The position numbers were made by a program, and so were the translations under genes. A stretch of DNA of 64,000 bases from Massalongia carnosa (Eukaryota), in the NCBI GenBank assembly GCA_965645245.1, contig OZ287081.1:1178001-1242000 (forward strand), written 5' to 3'. This document shows, piece after piece, positions 1 through 9,366 of the stretch. Under the pieces are notes generated by a model. That model made no database searches. It had not been told where the DNA came from and was given only the letters and a program-made list of their open reading frames with translations. Every line of letters begins with the position of its first letter. Position 1 is the stretch's first letter.

Positions 1-157
1 GGTGGCATGCGAAGCTGAAAGGTAAAGGGTTTTCGGATTTTGGTGGGGTGCTTACTAACTAGCGTGTTGCAAATGGGGGTGTGTTGCAAATGGGGGTGTG
101 TTGCAAATGGGGGTGTGTTGCAAATGGGGGTGTGTTGCAAATGGGGGTGAATACGAG
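1..157. mobile_element. Terminal end of a DNA transposon (probably pogo/Fot1-type TIR) running off the window's left edge
   Basis: Five tandem 17-bp units (TGTGTTGCAAATGGGGG, 63-147), then TGAATACGAG and TA (158-159), after which transposase coding sequence begins abruptly. Short direct repeats inside TIRs are typical of Fot1/pogo elements. The other end is outside the window. Confidence 0.65.
63..147. repeat. 17-bp tandem repeat x5
   Basis: Units at 63, 80, 97, 114 and 131, identical except the first base of unit 1, with no spacers. Confidence 0.95.
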
Positions 158-493
158 TAGTTGAATCACTTCATCGAGCATACGAGTAGCAAAAGGCAAG
201 GTGCATGGCTACTTTTAATCATTGACGGTTTTGGATCGCATATGACCATCCTATGTTTTTAACTAGCCACTGCCAACAACATCGTTTTGTTTCGATTACC
301 AGCTCATTCCACTCACCTCACCCAGCCATTGGACGTAGGTGTTTTTCAACCATTCAAACACTATCACACCGAGGCAATAGATCGGGCTGTCCGGTTGGGG
401 GACTGTCAGTTTGGTAAGCTGGAATTTCTCGCTGCATTGCAGGGCTTCCGAAATGAACTATCCACCATCCGTCATGCGTTCAAATCAACCGGA

Positions 494-740
494 TGTCAGC
501 GCGAGATGCTCTGCTAAGCGATACCTCCCGACACGCTAAATGTTTTAGGTATCGCGTTAGCCTTAGTGGGGAGCTAACCGCATTCAGGTAAGGAAATGGA
601 TTCCGGGAGTTGCATGGAAAATCTCTGCAGCAATTGATGCTTTCTTCCTTGTGTTCGTCTTGTCTATCTAGTATAGTCATAGCTAGCAATGCCACCACCT
701 TCACCACCTGAATAGGCCCCCCCGTTGCCGCCTCGTCACA
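494..740. mobile_element. Solo LTR (247 bp)
   Basis: TGTCAG...GTCACA termini with a 5-bp TSD CCGGA at 489-493 and 741-745. Removing it restores STGIVPF in the transposase. Confidence 0.85.
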
Positions 741-1107
741 CCGGAATCGTACCGTTTGACCCAAACGTTGTCCTGGACAAAATTCGAGAAAAGGAGGCAC
801 GATTGAGGGAGTCAGTCATTCGAACTCCCTTCCCCCCCCCTTTCCATTGAATCAACGCACACCCCATGGGCCCGAATCGGTTATTCGGTACGGTCGAAAG
901 CTTCAGAGAGCCATTGCCAAAGCGGGACCCAATGATAAACTGGAGGTTCAATAGGTTGAACGGTTCGTTCGCGGTTCGGTGGCATCCGCTCATGCTCTGT
1001 ATTTGACCACTCGAGACCTTCATGCCATGCAGGAAGCAGCTTCATCACGTCAGAAACGAGCCTTTCTTGGTGGACAGGTGGCCTCTCAGGGTGGAATCAT
1101 CAAGGTA

Positions 1108-1311
1108 TGTCACGATAATATAACATAGCATGCTTTCGTACTCTAACACTTGCTTATCTCCGTGATAAGCCCGGCTTAACTCTTTGGTCCTTCCATGATA
1201 GGAGCAGGTCCAGATTGGGACTAGTCTAGATTAGCGGTATATAGACGAGCTTGCTCGCATATCTCAATGGACATCCTTTTACACACCCTTATTATGATGA
1301 TTACCTTTACA
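1108..1311. mobile_element. Solo LTR (204 bp)
   Basis: TGTCAC...TTTACA termini with a 5-bp TSD AGGTA at 1103-1107 and 1312-1316, plus an internal TATATA. Removing it restores IIKVSQCREL. Confidence 0.85.
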
Positions 1312-1788
1312 AGGTAAGTCAGTGTAGGGAGCTTTGTTCAAAAAGAAAGCAGAAGGAGGAGGAAAAGGCGAAACGGAAGAAGGCTAGGGAGGAGAAAGCG
1401 GCTGAGAAAAAAAAGATTCTCAGCTGAATCAAATAGCCTTTCTCATCAACGACACACCTTTGGTAGATTAGTCAATTCCTACGTATCAAAAGTGAAACTT
1501 TCACAATCGGGGTTGTTTTGATGATGTGGTGAATTTTTTGGTGGGTAGATGGTGAAAAAAACGACATTGAGCCCAAAGAACTGATTCGGGCTGGTTGGGA
1601 CCGTGTTTCTCAGGAGTTTATAAATGAACGACTGCAAACTGTGATTGACAGTCACTGTGCAATAACTGGCTATTAAACATGTAAATAATGATGTTTTGAT
1701 GAATTTTATGAGAAAGTTTTTGGTGGGGTGATCAGGGGTTAACCTCGGCCCACGTAGCATCTTTTTTTTTCGCCCAGGTATCCCAACC

Positions 1789-1820
1789 TTAGGGTTAGGG
1801 TTTAGGGTTAGGGTTTAGGG
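1789..1820 (+). repeat. Interstitial telomere-like repeat
   Basis: TTAGGG TTAGGG TTTAGGG TTAGGG TTTAGGG read directly. Confidence 0.85.
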
Positions 1821-2218
1821 TAACAGAGTTCTGGAATGAAACTCGATCGGATTCGTCTTCTGTTCTACGTACTGTTAATCGTCGGCCTCGCTTAGCTGCC
1901 TCCATACGAGGTGTACCACCTCTAGTCGGGGAAAGCGGTCTGCGTAGGCAAGCGATCTGCGTAGTTTCAATTTCAGGATTTGTCCAAATTCACCCATTTT
2001 ACAACCTATTTTGCAGCTTTTTGCACCACTTCTCAACTGCAACCTACGACCGTTAACTGTTATTATTCATACCATAGATAGATATTAACTGCACATCCTA
2101 ACTACTCATTGATTAACCGGGATATTCACCTTTATTCAATCGCGACCGCATCAGTTGCATGCCTCCTATTTCGTCAATCACTCTCTCCCTATTTCATCAA
2201 CCGCTCCCCACCTCAATC

Positions 2219-4339
2219 ATGAATAGCAGCAGCGTCATGAATAAGAACCTTATTAAAACCAGTGATTCTATTGCAACGCGCGTGCAAAATGCTTAGCAGT
2301 TTTTATTAGAAAACCCCAAGGAGAGCATCGTTTGCGCTGCTCGAATCTTCAACCTCGCCGAGACCACTCTTTACAGTTCAATTGAACGTGAAAAGACGCC
2401 GCCGAAGAAAATTAGAGGGCAGAACAAAATACTGGAGGAGCATCAGGTAGAGCCATTCACGAATTCATTCGATCTCTGATTGCGTATGGCATTCAACCTA
2501 CTCATAAAGTGGTTTTTGCCGCCATTAAGACTCTGAAACGTGCTCAAGATGCCGAATTCAATGGTCCAAGTCCGCGGTGGTTTAGGCAATGGTGGAAAGA
2601 CAATGGCCTGCACAAGATAAAGACCAAGCCGCTAGCAGTTGTTCGATATACTGCGGCTTAGGAGTCAGATGTGAGATCATGGTTTGATCGATATCAGCGG
2701 GTTCTTGCAGAGTTGGGGGTAACTCGTTCACAAGATATCTGGAACTTTGATGAAGCAGGATTTCGAGTTGGGTGTATGAAGGATCATGAAATTCTAGTTC
2801 CATCAGATATTAAGGACTTCTATTCGATCAGTCCAGAAAATCGCAAATCTCTCACCATAATCGAAAGCATCAACGCCGCCGGTCATCAACCACCCCCCCC
2901 GTTTTAATCATGCAAGGTCGTAGAATAATGCAGAACTGGTTCCAAGAAGGGCTGCCCACGGGGACTCTGGTCCAAGTATCAGAAAGTGGGTTCATCACCG
3001 ATGAAATAGCCATTGAATTTTTGAAGCATTTCATTGCGAATACAAACTCGGGGCCTACAAAGGAGTGGAAATTGATGCTCATGGATAATCATGGGACTCA
3101 TTCCACCTCTGAGTTTATAAAGCTTGCCAATGAAAATCACATTCGCCTCTCCCCCTGATACCACATCTGACTCATTGTATGCAACCCCTTGATGTGGGTG
3201 TATTTCAACCCTATAAGCATCGGCATGATAAGGCTATCCAAGATGTCCTTGCAGAGTTCAACACCGAGTATTCATTGACTCGGTTTTGTCAAGACCTCAC
3301 CAAAATACGAGACAACACTTTCACAAGCTCCACCATTCGATCTGCTTTTAGAAACGCCGGAATGTGGCCTATCAATAGGGGGTTATGCATTAAACAGCTT
3401 AAAAAATTCGCCGCCCCAGGGGTTGAAGGGCCCGTTCGAATGCTGCGGGGTGAGCAGGTGATGCGGGGCCACCTGCCGGGTCAGAAGCGCGCGAATGAGG
3501 ATCCCCCCTTCCAGTGTTGCCCGCACGAATTCAACCTCAAACCTTCGATGATGTTGAAAGGGGGCTGATTGATTGGTTGCCAAAAATTCAGAATGTTACG
3601 CAGTGGAGTGATGATAATCGGCCAAACGAGTTTGAACAGTTTGTTGATAGTGCGAAGCAGATTGTTGCAAAATCAAATCTCACCGACTTCGAACTGAAAG
3701 TTATCCGCAAAAGGAGAAATGATGAATTGCTACACAAAGCAACCTCTCGCAAGAGGATAAGATCTGCCTATTCGGAGGCGTCAGGACTCACAAAGGAGGA
3801 CGCAGAACGAGTCATTGCCGAAAAGCAAGAAAAAGAAGAAAGGAGCACAACAATTACATGAGAATATGGCGAATGGAACGTAATGCTATACACATCAAGG
3901 GAGTTGCTGCGCGAAAAGATGAAAGAGTTCGGCAAAAGCAAGTCAAGGAGCTCGACAGGCAAGGCGTCATCATTCCTATTGATAAGTGACTCCCATTGAA
4001 GATCCCGAAGCAGAATGGAAGAAGACAAACTCTATTTGGAAGATGGAGGTGGCGAGGAAGGAGGCGGCAAGAAAGAAGAAAGGGCAGACTGCAGATGAGA
4101 CAGATGAAGATAGGGATGAGATCGAATTCATCACGAATACTAAAGGTGATGATAGTCTACGAGTTATAGAAGATGATTCTATTCGCGAGCAGACAAACTT
4201 CATACCTTTTGATGAGAATAATGAGAATGATGAGGGTTATGAGGGTGATGAGGATGAGAATGATGAAGGTGATGAGGGTGATGAGGATGAGCAGTTTAAC
4301 TTTTATCAAGGCTATCGTCAGACTAGGAGTTACTATTAG
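2219..4339 (+). pseudogene. pogo/Fot1 transposase of element A, with an acidic C-terminal tail
   Basis: Motifs WNFDEAGF, LMDNHGTH and MQPLDVGVFQPYKH are spread over several frames, with in-frame TAG stops and frameshifts. The C-terminus is D/E-rich. Confidence 0.9.
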
Positions 4340-4673
4340 AACGCGCAATTGATATATATCTACTTATTAATAATATTTGCAAACGAGGTGAAAACAAAGC
4401 AAATGGAGGTTGCAAATCATGATGAGACGGCGTCGCAAATGAGTTGTAAATAGGTGATAAAACTGGTGCAATTGGATAAAATATAATGCATTCCCTGATA
4501 AATGAGCAGTTAGGATTTGCAGTTGATATCTATCTATGCTATGAATAATAATAGCTAATGGTCGTAGGTTGCGGTCGAGAAGTGTCGCAAAAAGCTGCAA
4601 ACTAGGTGGTAAACTGAAATTGAAACTACGCAGATCGCTTGCCTACGCAGACCGCTTTCCCCGACTAGAGGTG

Positions 4674-4916
4674 CACGCGGTGCGAAAAATAGTTGACACA
4701 CCAAAAATATAAAATAATTATGATAGGCTACATCGTTAAGTAATACATTTCAAAAAAGTTAAGGTGAATTTGAACACATAACTCTATTACTCTATCGAGT
4801 CTGTTTTACTAGTTCATCTGTTGTTGATTTTCTATATTATGTTGAAGCTTTGATAGTTGTGTAGTTTTATGCGTACTGACGAGTTTTGGTGTGTCAACTT
4901 TTTTCCGCACCGCGTA
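4674..4916. mobile_element. 243-bp MITE with ~33-bp TIRs (CACGCGGTGCG...) and a 5-bp TSD
   Basis: Left end CACGCGGTGCGAAAAATAGTTGACACACCAAAA; right end reverse complement TACGCGGTGCGGAAAAAAGTTGACACACCAAAA. AGGTG is duplicated at 4669-4673 and 4917-4921 but single in the uninterrupted left TIR of element A. Confidence 0.88.
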
Positions 4917-5185
4917 AGGTGGTACACTTCGTATGGAGGCAGCTAAGCGAGGCCGACGATTACTTTTATGATTAATTTCCTATCAATTGTATCCGAACAT
5001 TCCGTAGCAATAGTCCCAAGGCAAAGACTTTCACGGGCTAGATATGTATATATACGTGGCGTCCGCTAGTTACATGTCTACGTTCCCCATCTCACTGGCC
5101 ACCTCTCTCCCTACGCCATTGTTGGTCTCATGAACTTGTTTCGAGGTACCTAGTTAACTAATGACGGCCGAGTTCGGATACTTTA

Positions 5186-5620
5186 AATAGTCACTCAGCG
5201 GATTCGAATGATGCAGAAATGAGCAAAAACAAGTCGCTTTTGCAAAAGTTCTGATGGTTTAAAGGTGAAAAGGTCTGTCAAAATTGCGACCGGTGGAAAG
5301 AGACCTTTTATCTTTGAAACATCAGAACTTTTGCACCACCGCTTCATTTTCGATGATTTTACATCAGTCGAGTCCACTGAGTGACCCCCATCAGCTGATG
5401 AATCATGATAAATCATGAGCAAACGGTAGTAACTAGATGGTGACTGTGGGACAGGTGAGGAAGAAGTACCGTCTGATTTTCGAGCAACTTCCGCCCCTTC
5501 GGCCCCCTTCGGGCGCAATATTTTCGACCTTTTGACCTTCCAACCATCATAACTTCATCAAAAGCGATTCGATTTTCGATTTTTTGTATCATTTCAATGT
5601 GCTGACCGAGGTCTATAATT
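5186..5620. repeat. Three diverged ~90-bp modules in mixed orientation; probable degenerate non-autonomous DNA transposon
   Basis: 5190-5275 (..AATGATGCAGAAA..TCGCTTTTGCAAAAGTTCTGATGGTT..AAAAGGTC) is mirrored in inverted form at ~5302-5390 and ~5527-5615. Confidence 0.55.
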
Positions 5621-6025
5621 CAGTGAATTATGCATTTCAGATAGTAAGTAGGTGATGGTGCAGATGCAGCTGCAGGTAATGAACTATTTGATTTTCGATG
5701 TTTCGGAGCTAGAAAATAAGCGACCGGGTTAAACCCGACGGGCAGGCTCCCGAGGGTTCGGACAGCTATGCCTGATTTGTTCAATCCTCTCGGACGCCGA
5801 CGGATATATCAGACATTCAAGTTTTTGCCAGCCAAGTCTGGTATAGTTATTTCCTTCCCGGTTCTCTATTCATCTTCATCTGCAAAAAAACCCCCCAAAA
5901 TAGAATTCTATTACTTCTTTGGGTAGTGGTGATATCCTATTTCTCATCGCGCTTCCGCTCCCAGCTTCTCAGCGTATTGAAACCCAGTTCGGCCTTATGT
6001 CTACATAGGTATTCTATTCCTTATC

Positions 6026-7121
6026 ATGGTGCAGAACAAAGGCTCATATTCAAGTCGGTTCCCTCCGGATGGCCAGTCCCGGGGGAAAACCTTGCGGTGG
6101 AAGCCCGGGAATTTGATCTAGACGCTTCGCCACCCAAGGATGGGATCACGACGAAGAACTGTTATCTCTCCTTTGATCCCTATCTGCGCAGCCTGATGAG
6201 AGCTCCGGATCCTATTTTGGCCGTACTGGGGCAACCGCTGACCAGCCGCGGCGTGGCCAAGGTGTTGAAGTCGGACAATCCGAAATTCCGCAAGGGGGAC
6301 GTGATTTTAGGGATGATACACATCAAGGAATACTCGCGTGTATCCGACGAAGTGGTGAACAATCATCTCCGAAAGCTGGAAAATCCACTAGGCCTTGATC
6401 CAAAACTGTTCATCGGTGCTCTTGGAATGCCGGGTTATCGGCTTACTCGTCATTCTACGCCATTGGACAACCAAAGAAGGGGAGACTATATTCGTTTCTG
6501 CGGCAAGTGGAGCTGTGGGCCAGATTGTGGGTCAATTGGCAAAGCACGAAGGTCTCACGGTGATCGGGAGTGTAGGAAGTGACGAGAAGCTAGAGTTTAT
6601 TAAGAAAGACCTTAATTTCGATGAGGGGTTCAATTACAAAAAGGAGAACCCTGCAGATGCCTTGGCAAGATTGGCGCCAAATGGTATTAACATATACTAC
6701 GATAATGTTGGAGGGGAGCAATTAGATGCTGCTCTAGCAACATTGACTGATTATGGCCGAATAACTATGTGGTCGAGTGTCCGACGGACAGCGCAGAGTG
6801 CTAACAGAAACGGTAGTCGTTTGTGGTATGATCTCGCAATACAATATAGCCTCTCCAGACCAAAGGTATGGAGTGAAGAATTTGATGCAAATGATACCGA
6901 AGCGCCTCAATATGCGAGGATTCATGGCCTCCGATCTAGATATGGGTCCCAAGTATGCTGTAGAACATCAGAGGAATGTCGCCAAGTGGATTCACGATGG
7001 TACATTCAAAGCGCAGCAAAGCATTACAACTGGAATTGAAAATGCGATTACAGGCTTTTTGGGGATGTTGAAAGGCGAGAACTTTGGCAAAGCCGTTTTA
7101 ACAATCGCGGAGTTAGAATAA
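6026..7121 (+). pseudogene. NADP-dependent alkenal/PTGR-like oxidoreductase (MDR family), disrupted
   Basis: MVQNKG/LIFKSVPSGWPVPGE, SFDPY, LGMPG, IFVSAASGAVGQIVGQLAK, YYDNVGGE and GMLKGENFGKAVL. It has three 1-nt frameshifts (~6042, ~6434, ~6480), and intron 6765-6816 starts CTATGT instead of GTATGT. Confidence 0.8.
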
Positions 7122-7335
7122 ATGGGATCTTTCGCACGTTTTATGCAGCTTCACCAAGGTTCAGATTGCCAAAATCCTTGATAAAATAGTCAACAGGTTA
7201 AGCTTCTTGGTAGATTTGTCAGATAGCAATATAAACGCCATTCTTTGATGTTCGGTGTACTCGCTGCTGTCTTTACTCATCTATGGCGATTTTAATGTTT
7301 TCTAGTTGGGCAACGACTTCTTGCCTCAAAAGCCA

Positions 7336-8994
7336 CTATAAATAATTACTGGTGAGCTCGATCATCAACGCGGTGCATTCATCTCGTGTAAGCTGGACCC
7401 CTGGTAGATTCCGATATGTATTCGCCGCGACTTTCTGGATTGGGCCTTGCGATCCTGGCTTAATCTTTTCAATGACATTCCAAGTCTGAACTAAATCTGA
7501 CTGGCCGGAAAAGTTCAAGGTCAGCTTCATGTCCTGTAGATCTCGCTTGCCGAAGGTACAAATGATATTATAACGCTTAAGCTTAGCGTCTACAAGCTTC
7601 TTCGCGATAGACCGGTCGCTAAGATCAATGTCAACGATAAAGTTTGGCATTCCTAAGGGTTGGATTTGACCGGACGTATAGCCTGGAGAAGAAAGCTGCC
7701 TTGAAATTTTCAGAGCTTGCTTCTGGACCACAGGATCATCACCAACGGTAAGTACAATCATTTGACGGGGGCTGAGCCAGAATGGCCAATGGCCTTGGTA
7801 TCGCTCAAGTAGAAGCGCCATGAACCGCTCGAGAGATCCAAGCACCGCACGATGAATGATGATCGGTGTGACTGTCCCGACTTTCGCCAGCAACGCAGGA
7901 TCTACCGTAATTAGGCCTTTCGCTTCCTGTTCCGGGGCTGGACTTTGATACTCCAAGCCGAAGCGTTGGGGCAACTGAAAGTCTAGCTGGATGGTTGCTG
8001 TCTGGTGTTGCTTGTTTTTGCTGTCCGTCAAGATTATATCAATCTTTGGTCCATAAAATGCCCCATCTCCTTTGTTGATCTGATACGGTTGCCCATTTTT
8101 TTCTAGCGCCGTCTTCAGTTGGGCCTCCGCCCGCTCCCACTCCTCCTCTGTCCCTATGAAACCTGTGTTGGGCCTAGCGCTTAACACCAACTTCAATGTA
8201 CCCACATCCAAGTGCTTGTACACCATTTTCACAAACCTTAAGGTCGTCAAAATCTCTTTACCCACCTGCATAGGCCTACAGAATATATGTACATCGTCCT
8301 GATGAAACCGCCTTAGCCTTGTTAAACCGCTCAGCGACCCCGAGAGTTCATTGCGATGCAGTGGGCTAAAATCAGCGTATCGTATAGGCAGATCTCGATA
8401 ACTCCGTTTTTGGCTTTGAAATAATAAGCAGTGCCCGGGGCAGTTCATTGGTTTCAACCCATATTTCTCATCCTCGCCAATCTCTAACTTCTTGTCGGTG
8501 GAACCCTGCGCGCCCCGCCCAGTCACGGTGAACATATCATCCTTGTAATGGTCCGAGTGACCGGATTGAACCCATATGCTCTCTTTGTATATCGTTGGAG
8601 TTATTACTTCTTGAATACCAAATCGTGGATACTGCGCTCGGAGAAATTCTTGTAATTTATGGAAGATATGGGTGCCATCTGGTTGGAAAAGGGGTGAGCC
8701 GGGGCTCGACGGGTGTGCTGTAAACAGGGACAGAAAGGAGCCGATGGATCGATGATCTGTTTTCTGTTTGTCATCTAGTCTTTCATTTGGAGCCGGCGAG
8801 TAGGTTCTTAATTCAGAGTATGGCAATTTCTTCAAGGAGGGAGGCTTTCCTGCTGGTTTCTTTTTCTTAGAATCTTTTCCTGCCGAAGAATGACTCCACT
8901 GAAAATTGAGAAGAGATCCTATCAAAGCTTTGTGCACTGTATTAGTCGCTCTTTGATGGTGATGGAAAAGGCGCAATGGCTTTAGAGGCGGCAT
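7336..8994 (-). CDS. MST1: Mitochondrial threonyl-tRNA synthetase
   Basis: Class II ThrRS motifs LKPMNCPGHC, HRNELSGSLSGLTRLRRFHQDD, GAFYGPKID, TIQLDFQLP and IHRAVLGSLERF. It lacks the editing domain and has a basic N-terminal leader from ATG 8994. Intronless. Confidence 0.92.
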   Translation of the reverse strand: MPPLKPLRLFHHHQRATNTVHKALIGSLLNFQWSHSSAGKDSKKKKPAGKPPSLKKLPYSELRTYSPAPNERLDDKQKTDHRSIGSFLSLFTAHPSSPGSPLFQPDGTHIFHKLQEFLRAQYPRFGIQEVITPTIYKESIWVQSGHSDHYKDDMFTVTGRGAQGSTDKKLEIGEDEKYGLKPMNCPGHCLLFQSQKRSYRDLPIRYADFSPLHRNELSGSLSGLTRLRRFHQDDVHIFCRPMQVGKEILTTLRFVKMVYKHLDVGTLKLVLSARPNTGFIGTEEEWERAEAQLKTALEKNGQPYQINKGDGAFYGPKIDIILTDSKNKQHQTATIQLDFQLPQRFGLEYQSPAPEQEAKGLITVDPALLAKVGTVTPIIIHRAVLGSLERFMALLLERYQGHWPFWLSPRQMIVLTVGDDPVVQKQALKISRQLSSPGYTSGQIQPLGMPNFIVDIDLSDRSIAKKLVDAKLKRYNIICTFGKRDLQDMKLTLNFSGQSDLVQTWNVIEKIKPGSQGPIQKVAANTYRNLPGVQLTRDECTALMIELTSNYL

Positions 8995-9366
8995 ATGAAA
9001 AGTGGGTGAGGGATGCTCAAAGTCACGAAGGTGGAAAATATTTGTTCGCGAATACACGCGCGGTTAACTATTTACTTGAGAGGTAAACATAAAGCGCATC
9101 AACGTCATAGCCACTTTTATCTTTATCAACTACTCTATACCTAAGTACTCTATAGATACAGAGTACCTCTATTGAAGCTAAATTTCTCGCTTTGTATCTA
9201 TTCATTCCCTGCTCTGAAAGCTTTCAGTGAAAAAAACCAGCAAGAGCTATCTGGATAGTGGAGATTCTAGAAAAACTTAATTCATGAGAAACTGAAGTTC
9301 TTCCTCGCCCACTAACCGTTGGTCATCTTGTCAAGCTATCACAGACCCCAAGCTTCATCATAACTG

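Larger units (their letters stand above)
158..1471 (+). pseudogene. pogo/Fot1 (DDE_1) transposase remnant, interrupted by two solo LTRs
   Basis: Translates as *LNHFIEHT..GAWLLLIIDGFGSH, FRLPAHSTHLTQPLDVGVFQPFKHYH, TGIVPFDPNVVLD and GGIIKVSQCRELCS. It is collinear with the intact transposase at 23351-25003 and has several frameshifts. Confidence 0.9.
1878..4960 (+). mobile_element. Full-length pogo/Fot1 transposon A (defective) with long TIRs
   Basis: TA at 1876-1877 and 4961-4962. Near-perfect ~99-bp TIR (ATCGTCGGCCTCGC...TTTCAG), with the right copy split by a MITE. Imperfect subterminal inverted repeats extend to ~2110 and ~4500. Confidence 0.92.

Noticed and set aside
63..147. CRISPR-like array
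   Set aside because: The repeats are contiguous with no spacers, there are no cas genes, and the context is eukaryotic. They fit TIR direct repeats.
1789..1820. Telomerase RNA template or true chromosome end
   Set aside because: Five units is too long for a template and far too short and internal for a telomere.
4990..5180. Small MITE bounded by TA-TCCGAAC/GTTCGGA-TA
   Set aside because: Only ~10 bp of perfect inverted match, which is not enough without other copies.
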